Both the position numbers and the translations under genes were made by a program. Under the pieces are notes generated by a model, which made no database searches, was not told the origin of the DNA, and worked only from the letters and a program-made list of their open reading frames with translations. Shown here piece after piece: positions 1 to 9,102 of a stretch of 64,000 nucleotides of DNA (the first letter of the stretch is position 1; each line of letters opens with the position of its first letter). Source of the DNA: a virus; the IMG/VR virus record IMGVR_UViG_3300046804_001245, positions 42,883 to 106,882 of that record; one strand, 5' to 3'.

Positions 1-1440
1 GCAACTTGCGTTAACTATTTACAGTCACAAACAATAGCAGCCGCCTACGAGGGCGACCCAGCCCCAACAGTCAATACGATGGATACATGCGGCGGCGACG
101 ATACATCTTATCAAATTCCAATAGCTACAACAATAACATTTGACGGTGTACAGTATTCAAATGTATACGCAACAACTAACTCAGTAATTACATTTGGACA
201 GGCAGATAATACGTATTGGGATTATCCACAAACCCCGTCAATTTCTTTATATTCTATGGATTGGGTTACTGGTTGGTATGGCGCTCCAAATACTTTAGAC
301 ATATTATATTCAGAAGGCGGATTTCAATTAAATATGCAGGCTATTCCATTTGGTCAATGGGGGGCTGAGCCAAGCACTATAAATATATTAGTAGCTATTA
401 CTAATACTGGAAGTCTTGCAGTATCATATAGTTATCAAGGACCAGAATATAATAATATGAGAACTGGCGTTAGGCTACATGATGGATCTATTGTGTCTTT
501 AGAAGCATGGGGAGCAACACAGATACAGCCAGGATCTTCTACTCCAACACTAGAGCCAGAGCCAGTTGTTGTTGGACCAACACAAGAACAGTTAGCAGTA
601 CAAGAAGAAATGCGTGTTACTGCAAATTTAATTGCTAATGCAATTGCTAATGCACAAAATGTAGAGCCTAATCCTGAACCATCGCCTGAGCAAACTCAAC
701 CAATCGATCCCACTCCAACTCCAACACCTGAAACAACTTCTGAACCAGAACCAACTCCAAGTCCTGAGCCATCGCCCACTGTTGAGCCTTCACCAGAGCC
801 TTCACCTCAGCCAACGGATATAGATCCAACCCCAGAGCCAACACCTGAGCCATCTCCAATCGAACTTTCTCCAGAACCATCTCCAGATAATACCACAGAA
901 CCAGAAATTGTGGTAGTAGAGCCAGAAGTAATTACTCCAGAAGATCCACGTTTTCCAGAAGAAGATATTGTAATATTAGTTGAAGATAAAACAGAAAATA
1001 CAGAAGTGTCTGAAGATATGTCCAGGCTACTTGCCGATCTTACAAGCAGCCAAACTCTTGCAACATTAAGTCCAGAACAGAAAGCTGCAGTCGCTTCCAC
1101 TCTTGGCATTAGGTCTGAAGAGGTTACGAAAGTAGTGGAATTAGCAAAAACAAATGAGGCAGTAGCAGAAGCATTACAGGAATTTGGAAATAGGGCAAAT
1201 AAAAATATTGATGCCCCAATGCCATATACATTAGCAGATGCTGTAACAGAGGTTCAAACAGAAAAATTTTTGGCGGATCCAATAGGAACATTAACAGATA
1301 TAGATTTAGAAAAAGTTTTAGACCCATCAGAATGGGGTAAAGATATGACAGATGACCAAAGAGAAAAAGCACAGGAAGTTGTTATTCCTGTAATTATTGC
1401 AAGTAATATTGTGGCAGCAGCCATGACAAGGAGGAAATAA
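1..1440 (+). CDS. Surface/membrane-anchored protein with NIDO-like N-terminal region and Pro/Glu/Thr-rich linker (5'-truncated)
   Basis: Frame is open from base 1 to the ATG at 79. FDGVQYSNVYATTNSVITFG resembles nidogen-like domains; long PEPSPEPT repeat; hydrophobic C-terminus followed by RRK. Confidence 0.6.
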   Translation, partial: ATCVNYLQSQTIAAAYEGDPAPTVNTMDTCGGDDTSYQIPIATTITFDGVQYSNVYATTNSVITFGQADNTYWDYPQTPSISLYSMDWVTGWYGAPNTLDILYSEGGFQLNMQAIPFGQWGAEPSTINILVAITNTGSLAVSYSYQGPEYNNMRTGVRLHDGSIVSLEAWGATQIQPGSSTPTLEPEPVVVGPTQEQLAVQEEMRVTANLIANAIANAQNVEPNPEPSPEQTQPIDPTPTPTPETTSEPEPTPSPEPSPTVEPSPEPSPQPTDIDPTPEPTPEPSPIELSPEPSPDNTTEPEIVVVEPEVITPEDPRFPEEDIVILVEDKTENTEVSEDMSRLLADLTSSQTLATLSPEQKAAVASTLGIRSEEVTKVVELAKTNEAVAEALQEFGNRANKNIDAPMPYTLADAVTEVQTEKFLADPIGTLTDIDLEKVLDPSEWGKDMTDDQREKAQEVVIPVIIASNIVAAAMTRRK

Positions 1441-1634
1441 TGAAAATAATTAAGGGAATCCTGAATTATGCTTGGGAGGTAATTAAAGAAAGCATTGCCC
1501 AAATATTTACCCTACTTGGATTTTTTATAGCATGGTTAACCCTTACAGGGACAGCCCAGCAAGTTGTAGGTATAGCAACAGTAATTTCTACTGTTATTTG
1601 GCTTGCTACCATCCCTCTTCGAAAAGAAGAATAG
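1440..1634 (+). CDS. Small two-TM membrane protein
   Basis: 64 aa, two hydrophobic helices, TAATG overlap with the upstream gene. Confidence 0.7.
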   Translation: MKIIKGILNYAWEVIKESIAQIFTLLGFFIAWLTLTGTAQQVVGIATVISTVIWLATIPLRKEE

Positions 1635-1652
1635 AAATGCTATAATAGAGGC

Positions 1653-1874
1653 ATGAGAAAATTAGGTGCCTCATTAGCTAGTTTGATGCTAGCCCTCACA
1701 GTTACATCGTGTAATTTTGATGGTTCATTCCGTTATGAATGCCAAGACCAATCAAATTGGGAAAAGGCAGAGTGTAATCCTCCAATTTGTGAGACTACTG
1801 GAACCTGTTCAAGAGATTTAGTAGGACAGGAAATATGGGATGAGTACCAAAAGACAAAGGTAAAAAATGGCTAA
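1653..1874 (+). CDS. Small Cys-rich lipoprotein
   Basis: Signal peptide with lipobox-like VTSC; TATAAT just upstream suggests a leaderless start. Confidence 0.65.
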   Translation: MRKLGASLASLMLALTVTSCNFDGSFRYECQDQSNWEKAECNPPICETTGTCSRDLVGQEIWDEYQKTKVKNG

Positions 1875-2310
1875 AGAAAGATTAACTCCGCAAGATCTTG
1901 ATGCAAGATTAAAATTCATTTTAGGAATTACGCTTGGATCAATTCTATTCCTAACATCAATTGGAATTCTTTACGGATTGTTGTTTGTTACACAACCAAT
2001 AGGAGCACAGTCAGAAAATGACAAGATGTTCTTTAATGTATTGGGAAGCGTTGCAACATTTATTACAGGAACATTGGCGGGTCTACTAATTGGACAGTCT
2101 GGTGCAAAAGATATTATGAAGGCACAGTTAGACAATAAAGAAATGGACGCTAAGAATACTCAGGCGGATAAGAAACTTGAGTCAGAATTAGAAATTAATG
2201 AATTGAAAGCAGATGTCGAAGCAGATGCAGTTAGAGCACGTCTTGCTGCAAAACCTGATGGCCAGATGCCAGCAGAACAACCAATAGATCTAGATTGGGA
2301 TAAGGACTAA
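1867..2310 (+). CDS. Two-TM membrane protein (holin-like, lysis cassette)
   Basis: Two TM helices plus coiled tail, directly upstream of the CHAP endolysin. Confidence 0.55.
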   Translation: MAKERLTPQDLDARLKFILGITLGSILFLTSIGILYGLLFVTQPIGAQSENDKMFFNVLGSVATFITGTLAGLLIGQSGAKDIMKAQLDNKEMDAKNTQADKKLESELEINELKADVEADAVRARLAAKPDGQMPAEQPIDLDWDKD

Positions 2311-2312
2311 TC

Positions 2313-2852
2313 ATGTCAGATAATTTTCCAGTACCAGCAGAAACACCAAAAGCTCCAAAAGGTAGCGCTGCTCGTTTAATTCAGGTTGCTAAATCTCAGG
2401 TTGGATATATTGAGGGTCCAAAAGACAATGAGACAAAGTATGGTGCGTTCACAAAAGCTAATTTCCAGCCTTGGTGCGGATCTTTTGTAATGTGGTGTGC
2501 AGATCAAGCAGGAGTTAAAGTTCCAAACACCGTGTATACTCCAGGTGGCGCAGCAGCATTTAAAAAGAAAAACGCTTGGATTGACGGAGATCTAGCAGAT
2601 CCAGAACCAGGAGACATTGCCTATTTTGATTTCCCTGCAGATGGAGTAGATAGAATTTCTCACGTTGGAATTGTTATTGAAGATAATGAAGACGGAACTG
2701 TTTGGTGTGTAGAGGGAAATACATCAAGCAATAAAAAAGGTAGTCAAAGAAATGGCGGAGAAGCCTGCAGACAACTCCGTGCATTCAAAAAAAATAGTAA
2801 AAAGGTGCCAATTACCATAGTAGGATTTGGACGCCCTAAATTTAAAGCATAA
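2313..2852 (+). CDS. CHAP-domain endolysin/amidase
   Basis: PWCGSFVMWC catalytic Cys, PGDIAYFDF, SHVGIV catalytic His, VEGNT. Confidence 0.9.
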   Translation: MSDNFPVPAETPKAPKGSAARLIQVAKSQVGYIEGPKDNETKYGAFTKANFQPWCGSFVMWCADQAGVKVPNTVYTPGGAAAFKKKNAWIDGDLADPEPGDIAYFDFPADGVDRISHVGIVIEDNEDGTVWCVEGNTSSNKKGSQRNGGEACRQLRAFKKNSKKVPITIVGFGRPKFKA

Positions 2853-2995
2853 TGAACACATATAAGGTAAAATTAGAGATTGAAGCAGAAATACAGGCAT
2901 TCGATGAAAATGACGCTGTAGATTATTTGAACGATATATTCGGAGTTGATGACGAAGTCAGAAATGTCAAAGTTGTCAGCGTAAAGGAGAAATGA
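2852..2995 (+). CDS. Hypothetical 47-aa protein (not in ORF track)
   Basis: MNTYKVKLEIEAEIQAFDENDAVDYLNDIFGVDDEVRNVKVVSVKEK; overlaps both neighbours by TAATG/ATGA coupling. Confidence 0.7.
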   Translation: MNTYKVKLEIEAEIQAFDENDAVDYLNDIFGVDDEVRNVKVVSVKEK

Positions 2996-4053
2996 TGGCT
3001 AAAGAAGGATATTCGCCAACGGCAGGAATGAAGTCCGCAGCAAAGCGGGCTATTCGTTGGAAAGAACAGGGTAAAGCAACAGGTGCAGGAACTGCAGTTG
3101 GCTGGACTCGTGCTGGACAATTAGCTAGAGGTGAAACACTAAGCCTCTCTACTGTTAAGCGCATGTACTCCTTCTTTTCCAGACATGAAGTAGACAAAAA
3201 AGGTAAAGATTTTTATAATACTTCTAACCCCTCAAATGGGCGGATTATGTGGGACGCATGGGGTGGAGATGCTGGTTTCTCTTGGTCTCGCAAAATTGTA
3301 GAAAGAGAAAAGAATATGAAAAAATCATATGTACAAGAAGACCTAATTGAAGAAATTAAAGATATGCTAACAGATGCAGTAGAGCCATTTGATACTGTTG
3401 TTGAAATTGATGACGACGAAGAAATCAAAAAAGCTTTACGTCCAGAAGTAACTAAAGAACAGCTTGGCATGGTAATTGAACATCTTATGGAAGCAATTGA
3501 AGGAATGATTGAAGTGCCAGAAGAAGAGTCCCCAGACTCAGAGTCTGATGCAGAAACGCCAGAAGCAGAAGACAATGGCGTTCCTCCTGTTGGAGACCCT
3601 ATGAAGAATGAAATTAATTATCCTGTTGCGAAAGTTCATGACGAAGAGGATAAAGAAGAAGTATATAAGTCTGATAATGAAGATGAAGATAAATGGGACA
3701 ATGAAATGCAAAAGTGCTGGTCTGGGTATACGCAGGTTGGCATGAAAGAAAAGGGTGGACGTATGGTACCAAATTGTGTACCATCATCCAGCGTTAAGAA
3801 ATCTTTATTTGCAGATAAACTAGATCCATTTGATCTTGTAAAGCGTAAATTTACAGCAGAGCAACGCCGTAGCATGGCAGAAGAAGGCAAGGCCATGCCA
3901 GATGGGTCATATCCAATTGCTAACCGCACAGACCTAATGAATGCAATTCGTTCATGGGGACGTGGCGGAGCAGATCCAAAGGTAAAAGCACATATTAAGC
4001 GTCGTGCAAAGGCACTTGGCGCATCAGATATGATTCCAGAAAACTGGAAATAA
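2992..4053 (+). CDS. Multi-domain phage protein (head-associated-type modules, acidic linker)
   Basis: N-terminal ...TVKRMYSFFSRHEVDK...WDAWGGDAG and C-terminal MPDGSYPIANRTDLMNAIR...IPENWK modules, which I recall as fused to phage head/protease proteins; CWSGYTQVGMKEKGGRMVPNCVP mini-repeat. Confidence 0.6.
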   Translation: MMAKEGYSPTAGMKSAAKRAIRWKEQGKATGAGTAVGWTRAGQLARGETLSLSTVKRMYSFFSRHEVDKKGKDFYNTSNPSNGRIMWDAWGGDAGFSWSRKIVEREKNMKKSYVQEDLIEEIKDMLTDAVEPFDTVVEIDDDEEIKKALRPEVTKEQLGMVIEHLMEAIEGMIEVPEEESPDSESDAETPEAEDNGVPPVGDPMKNEINYPVAKVHDEEDKEEVYKSDNEDEDKWDNEMQKCWSGYTQVGMKEKGGRMVPNCVPSSSVKKSLFADKLDPFDLVKRKFTAEQRRSMAEEGKAMPDGSYPIANRTDLMNAIRSWGRGGADPKVKAHIKRRAKALGASDMIPENWK

Positions 4054-4056
4054 GTA

Positions 4057-4086
4057 TTGACATAGCCGCAGTAATTCCTGTATAAT
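4057..4086 (+). promoter_or_regulatory. Sigma-A-type promoter
   Basis: TTGACA-N18-TATAAT upstream of the whiB cluster. Confidence 0.7.
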
Positions 4087-4127
4087 ATATATATTGGGAT
4101 GCTGCGGTTTAGTCTATAAAAGGGAAA

Positions 4128-4361
4128 ATGTTAAACCTAAATTTACAAGGTGTTGAAATCTTCATAAAAAAAGCGCAGACAGAAAAAATAAATACTTTCT
4201 GGGAAAATTATGATCTTTTAATATGGAATAAAAATATCAACGGATATACAAGCAAAAACGGCATGTTTCGAAAGAATACATGGGGGACGGCAGAAAGAAT
4301 AGCCGTCAACAATAATGGTATATGGAAGCTTCCTATAAAGTATGTCAAATATTTTAAATGA
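4128..4361 (+). CDS. Hypothetical protein
   Basis: 77-aa ORF after the promoter; overlaps whiB. Confidence 0.65.
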   Translation: MLNLNLQGVEIFIKKAQTEKINTFWENYDLLIWNKNINGYTSKNGMFRKNTWGTAERIAVNNNGIWKLPIKYVKYFK

Positions 4362-4653
4362 TTTAGGTGTAGATACAGACGATTTTGACTGGTGGCATCT
4401 AGCAGTATGTCGTGGAATGGATACAAATCTATTCTATGATAAGTATGAAGTAGACGCCAACATAGCAAAAAATATAGACGACGCATGCTTGTCATGCCCA
4501 GTACTTAAAATGTGCTATGAATCAGGCATAGAAAAAGCAGAGTATGGAGTATGGGGTGGCGTCTATATGTCATCAGGAGAAATAGATAAATCTAAGAATC
4601 TCCACAAAACTCCAGAAATTTGGAAGAAACTAAGGAGTAAAGGTGTCGCTTAG
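4342..4653 (+). CDS. whiB: WhiB-family Fe-S transcription factor
   Basis: Four Cys (AVCRG, CLSCPV, MCY) and the YGVWGG turn motif. Confidence 0.9.
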   Translation: MSNILNDLGVDTDDFDWWHLAVCRGMDTNLFYDKYEVDANIAKNIDDACLSCPVLKMCYESGIEKAEYGVWGGVYMSSGEIDKSKNLHKTPEIWKKLRSKGVA

Positions 4654-5722
4654 CAATAGCAGTCATTTTTATGATAAAGGCCATTTCAAACATGGCATTA
4701 ATCAATGGACGGGCGAACCAAATAAACCAGTATTTTATAATGACGAAATGAAAAAAAAGATCAGAGAGATAAGGCAACCTATGTTGCTCATGATGGATAT
4801 TGCAATGTACCCAGACTTTCTAGCGATCAGATTATACGAAGATAATTTTTTACAGTTTGACGGAAGCAAAAAAGAAGAAGTAATTTCTTATGTTGATAAG
4901 GTTAAAAAAGTAATAGAATCATTTGGTGTAAGATGTGAACTAGAGGGGGTACCAAGTGCAAGAGTATTATGAGATAATTAACATTGTATATATATATGAA
5001 GAAAGAGTTTACGGAACAGTGGATAAGCTTGGAGCGTTTGCATCTTTGGTAAAATATAATAAAGACGGAATAGATTGCGAAGTTTTATTAGAAAATGACG
5101 AGTTCGCTATAGTAGACGAAATCGTATTTCATCACGTAGAGGAAGATAATGGATAAGATATTATGCTATAGCTGTAGCAAGAGCAAGCATAAATTAAATG
5201 CAAAGAAGTCCTCTTTGCTTCCGATTAATTTATTGATGTGCGAGACCTGCATCAATTCTAAATTGGAGCCACGCTGGGTAATTATTTTGGCGGGAAGATC
5301 AAATGGCGCCGATCATGTCAGGGAATTTGTTCTTAAAAAGCGCTATATAGGAAATGAAATATCTGCGTCTGAACTATTAGTTTAGACCTATTTAACGGTA
5401 TAATTAATCTATTATGGATTATACCTCTATTGTTTTGGCTATTTCTGCCGCCGTATTAAGCGGTATGGGTACGGCAATTGTGGCGGGGCTAAAAGAAAAT
5501 AAAAGGGAAAAAACAAGGCGGCAAGAGCGGGAACAAGATCATCTTAAATTAGAGGTAAAAGACCTTAAAATTGAATTATATAAGCTTGAAAAAGAGCTGA
5601 CAGACTGGAAGGATAAATATTATTCCTCTATCCAGGAATTAATCCAGGTTAAATCAGAGCTTGAAAATGCCCTTGTACAATTAAATATAATTGAATTGCA
5701 GGATGTAGACTCGGAATATTAG
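4643..5722 (+). CDS. Four hypothetical genes (4643-4972, 4956-5156, 5149-5385 with CxxC pairs, 5414-5722 TM plus coiled coil)
   Basis: Consecutive overlapping + strand ORFs from the track. Confidence 0.65.
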
Positions 5723-5741
5723 AAATAGTACAATAGGGTAT

Positions 5742-6311
5742 ATGACCTGTATCGTAGCCCTATCTTCTGGGAACAAGGTATTTCTTGGAGGAGATTCTGC
5801 CGCATCAGATGAAAAGTCTGGTTTAATACTTCAAACAACAGATCCTAAAGTTTTTAGAGTGGGACAGTTTGGCGTAGGCTTTGTTGATTCTTTTAGAATG
5901 GGACAAATTTTACAATACAACTGGACTCCGCCAATTTATAAGCCGACGGCAGGATATAAAAATTTAGATAAATTTATGCGTACTAAGTTTGTTGAATCTG
6001 TCAAAGAAGCTTATCAAGAACACGGATATGGAAGATTTGGTACAAGCGCTGGTGAAGATGGCGATGAAGGTGGAATTATAATTATTGCAGTACAAAATAC
6101 TGGAAGAATATTTATTATGGATGTAGACTATCATGTTGCTGAAGTTGATGTTGAATATCTTGCAGAAGGAAGCGGACAGCAAGTAGCGCTAGGATCTTTA
6201 TTTTCCACGTCTACAATAAAGACTCCACGAAAGCGTGTAAGGATGGCTTTAGAGGCATCAGCCAAGTTCATAATGAGCGTAAGAGGCCCCTTTACAATTA
6301 TAGAGGTCTAG
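5742..6311 (+). CDS. HslV/proteasome-beta-like Ntn-hydrolase peptidase
   Basis: N-terminal M-T-CIVA (catalytic Thr), GGDS, KVF and GSG...ALGSL motifs. Confidence 0.8.
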   Translation: MTCIVALSSGNKVFLGGDSAASDEKSGLILQTTDPKVFRVGQFGVGFVDSFRMGQILQYNWTPPIYKPTAGYKNLDKFMRTKFVESVKEAYQEHGYGRFGTSAGEDGDEGGIIIIAVQNTGRIFIMDVDYHVAEVDVEYLAEGSGQQVALGSLFSTSTIKTPRKRVRMALEASAKFIMSVRGPFTIIEV

Positions 6312-6326
6312 GAGTATAATAGACAT

Positions 6327-6680
6327 ATGAAGTGGCTGAATCGTTTAGCCGCCCTACTGTTTGGATTAATTACAGTAGGATTAATAAGAGACTTCCTAGA
6401 TAAGCATACTGTTATTGTATTTGACAATCAGGAAGAAGATGAAGAGGATGAAGAAGTGGACGACATATTAAATCTTAAACCAGATAACTATGATAATGCC
6501 ATGGATCTTCGTGGAACGCCGACTCATGTCTGTGCCTGCGGATGTAACATCTTCAACTTAAAAGTAATTTTTAATGAGAATGAAATCGCAACTTACTTCC
6601 TTGACATGGAATGTGCAAATTGCGGCAGTCTCGCTACTGCTCCAACGCCAGTAGACTACATAGAAGGATTAGATAATTGA
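6327..6680 (+). CDS. Membrane-anchored zinc-ribbon protein
   Basis: N-terminal TM; HVCACGC and CANC motifs. Confidence 0.6.
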   Translation: MKWLNRLAALLFGLITVGLIRDFLDKHTVIVFDNQEEDEEDEEVDDILNLKPDNYDNAMDLRGTPTHVCACGCNIFNLKVIFNENEIATYFLDMECANCGSLATAPTPVDYIEGLDN

Positions 6681-6859
6681 GAAAATCAGAAAGACTTAGA
6701 ATTGCAGAATTAGAAATAATTAGACTTACCTACGAAATAGAATATGTAAAAGCCATGTTGTCAGCAATCATTGAGGTTGGCGGAATGAAAGCCCCAGAGA
6801 TGGATGCTGGAAAATGGTACGCAAAGAAACCAAATAGACCAGATATTCCTAACAACTAG
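6677..6859 (+). CDS. Hypothetical protein
   Basis: 60-aa ORF with TTG start overlapping the upstream stop. Confidence 0.5.
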   Translation: MRKSERLRIAELEIIRLTYEIEYVKAMLSAIIEVGGMKAPEMDAGKWYAKKPNRPDIPNN

Positions 6860-6861
6860 TA

Positions 6862-6890
6862 TTGACGATCTAGTTGTCATTTAGTAGAAT
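6862..6890 (+). promoter_or_regulatory. Sigma-A promoter, leaderless subtilase mRNA
   Basis: TTGACG-N17-TAGAAT, 7 nt before ATG 6898. Confidence 0.7.
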
Positions 6891-6897
6891 AGGCAAC

Positions 6898-7815
6898 ATG
6901 AATAAAAAACTAATGGCGGCTGTTGTAGCCTTAATTACAACTATCACATCAATCAATATGGTTCAGGCTAATCAGCCTGCTCCTGCAACGGTGGCAATTC
7001 TTGATACAGCTTTGAACGCAAATTTACCAGTGTTTAAAGATAGAATTGTTTATGAAGTATGTATTTTAGAATGGAATTCATGCCCAAATGGATCTAATTT
7101 TATGGAGGGTCCAGGAGCAGCATATATGCCATTATCACAAATGGTGGCAAATGGCTTTGATCATGGAACTAAAATGGCACATGCATCAGTATCAACTAAT
7201 CCAAATATTGGAATTGTATTCGTAAGGATTGTTGGAGCCACTTCAACTGGCGTAAGACAGATATACAATGAGGAAACTTTTGTTAAGGCTTTAAATTGGG
7301 TAAACGCAAACAAGTCTAAATTTAATATTCAGGCTGTGGCAATCTCTCAAGGACATCATAATTTAGCGCCTTTGGCTAATTATTGCCCAACAACACCAAA
7401 TACTGTAAGTGCTATATCAACACTTGATTCGTCAGGAGTACCTGTTTTTATTGCTGCTGGTAATATGCGTGATCAAAAGCGTGTATCTTGGCCAGGTTGT
7501 ATTAGTCAAGCAGTAACTGTATCTGCAACTTCAGTTACAGACGGAATTGCAGTTTATTCTAATTACGATTCTAATATCACAGATATGTTTGCTCTTGGTA
7601 GATTAAGACTTATTAATCCTAGTGGATATTTTTTCAACGAAGACGGCACGTCTGTTTCGGTACAAGTTGCAGCAGCAGTTTATGTTGGACTTAAATCAAA
7701 ATATCCTTCATACACAAAACAACAATTATTAGATTTGATTAAATCAAAATCCTACCCAGTAAAAAGTAAAACTATTTCAGGGTATGTTGTAAGCAAGGAT
7801 ATTTTAAATGGCTAA
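6898..7815 (+). CDS. Secreted subtilisin-like serine protease (S8)
   Basis: Signal peptide; triad motifs VAILDT, DHGT and GTS; AAGN oxyanion motif. Start moved to MNKKL to fit the promoter. Confidence 0.85.
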   Translation: MNKKLMAAVVALITTITSINMVQANQPAPATVAILDTALNANLPVFKDRIVYEVCILEWNSCPNGSNFMEGPGAAYMPLSQMVANGFDHGTKMAHASVSTNPNIGIVFVRIVGATSTGVRQIYNEETFVKALNWVNANKSKFNIQAVAISQGHHNLAPLANYCPTTPNTVSAISTLDSSGVPVFIAAGNMRDQKRVSWPGCISQAVTVSATSVTDGIAVYSNYDSNITDMFALGRLRLINPSGYFFNEDGTSVSVQVAAAVYVGLKSKYPSYTKQQLLDLIKSKSYPVKSKTISGYVVSKDILNG

Positions 7816-8020
7816 TCAAGTCACCGTATTAGAAGGAATAATCGGAGACGTTGCAATTGCGTTATATCAGAAATGGTATAACGCAATGCCATTAGAAGAA
7901 AGAAATGAAATGGCAGAAGCAGCGTTGAAGAAAAATGCACAAGAAAGCACATTATTTGTTATCCAAATGTTTATGGATAAATTCAACCAAGCAGCAGAAG
8001 AATTAAAAAATCAAGACTAG
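7808..8020 (+). CDS. Hypothetical protein
   Basis: 70-aa ORF coupled to the subtilase. Confidence 0.65.
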   Translation: MANQVTVLEGIIGDVAIALYQKWYNAMPLEERNEMAEAALKKNAQESTLFVIQMFMDKFNQAAEELKNQD

Positions 8021-8022
8021 TA

Positions 8023-8051
8023 TTGACTAGCCTTATACTATTTAGTAAGAT
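8023..8051 (+). promoter_or_regulatory. Sigma-A promoter, leaderless
   Basis: TTGACT-N17-TAAGAT, 6 nt before ATG 8058. Confidence 0.7.
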
Positions 8052-8057
8052 AGGACT

Positions 8058-8543
8058 ATGCAAACATTTTTACCAGAGGCGGACTTTGCAAAGACTGCTA
8101 AACATTTAGATCGTAAGCGTCTTATTAAGCAAAGCGTAGAAAATCTTCAGGTCCTCAAGTCTCTTGCAGGATATTATAATGAATCAGGCGCATGGGTGAA
8201 TCATCCAGCCGTCAAAATGTGGGAGGGCCATGAAGATTGGCTGTTCCTATACAATGAAGCCATCGTAAAAGAAATCATTATGCGTGGCTATAAGAATAGT
8301 ACACGAGATACATTCGACCAGATCTATCAGGAAAATTTCCTTATGCTGGAATCAGATGAGCCTTGGTGGCTAGGAGATGAGCGTGTACATTATTCTCATA
8401 AGGGAAGGTTATACGAAAAGGACCCAGAAAAGTACTATTTCTATTCGGAGTTTGCGGACTATCGTGAACTAGGGTATACTTGCTGTGAATCTTGCAGTTA
8501 CTACTGGCCAACTCATGCGGAGGATACAGATGAATCTAACTAG
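8058..8543 (+). CDS. Pyrimidine-dimer DNA glycosylase family (MSMEG_6728/DenV-like)
   Basis: MQTFLP...LDRKRLIKQ.VE..Q, HPAVKMW, PWWLGDERVHYSH...L.KDP..Y motifs. Confidence 0.85.
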   Translation: MQTFLPEADFAKTAKHLDRKRLIKQSVENLQVLKSLAGYYNESGAWVNHPAVKMWEGHEDWLFLYNEAIVKEIIMRGYKNSTRDTFDQIYQENFLMLESDEPWWLGDERVHYSHKGRLYEKDPEKYYFYSEFADYRELGYTCCESCSYYWPTHAEDTDESN

Positions 8544-8832
8544 TGAAACCTTTAGTAAAGCTTTAAATGACAACAAGATACTGATTGTAGATTTTTGGGC
8601 GGATTGGTGTGGGCCTTGTTTAAAGGTTGCTCCAATATTAGATGAGATAGCAAGTGAGTACAATGTATCAATTGCTAAAGTTCATGTAGATGAACAACAA
8701 GATTTGGCTACAAAGTACGACATATCTACAATACCAACATTAATGGTATTTGAAAATGGAGTACCAGTCAAAAAAGTGGTTGGCGCACAGCCTAAACACA
8801 AACTCGTGAAAGAGTTTGAAGGATGGATATAA
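8530..8832 (+). CDS. trxA: Thioredoxin
   Basis: DFWADWCGPC active site and IPT cis-Pro motif; start moved to MNLTSE. Confidence 0.9.
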   Translation: MNLTSETFSKALNDNKILIVDFWADWCGPCLKVAPILDEIASEYNVSIAKVHVDEQQDLATKYDISTIPTLMVFENGVPVKKVVGAQPKHKLVKEFEGWI

Positions 8833-9056
8833 CATTTAGTGAATGGATGACATACGGGATTGAAAAAGGTTGGTGCGGACCCCCAGTATGTTATACCCAT
8901 GACGGACTACCAATGTCTGAGCAAGAGTTTGCAGAGTTTGATGAAGGTCAAGATCCTTGCATGCATATTGTTCGAATGTACGAAGACATTGAGATGAAAC
9001 AAAGTATAGAGGATAACCATTCCCCATCAAATTGGCGGAATTCGTACATAAAATAG
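8823..9056 (+). CDS. Hypothetical protein
   Basis: 77 aa with GWCGPPVCYTHDG and DPCMH motifs. Confidence 0.7.
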   Translation: MDITFSEWMTYGIEKGWCGPPVCYTHDGLPMSEQEFAEFDEGQDPCMHIVRMYEDIEMKQSIEDNHSPSNWRNSYIK

Positions 9057-9102
9057 ATTTCTGGTCTACAATGGGTCAGAATAAAAAAGGAGAAAAAATT
9101 AA

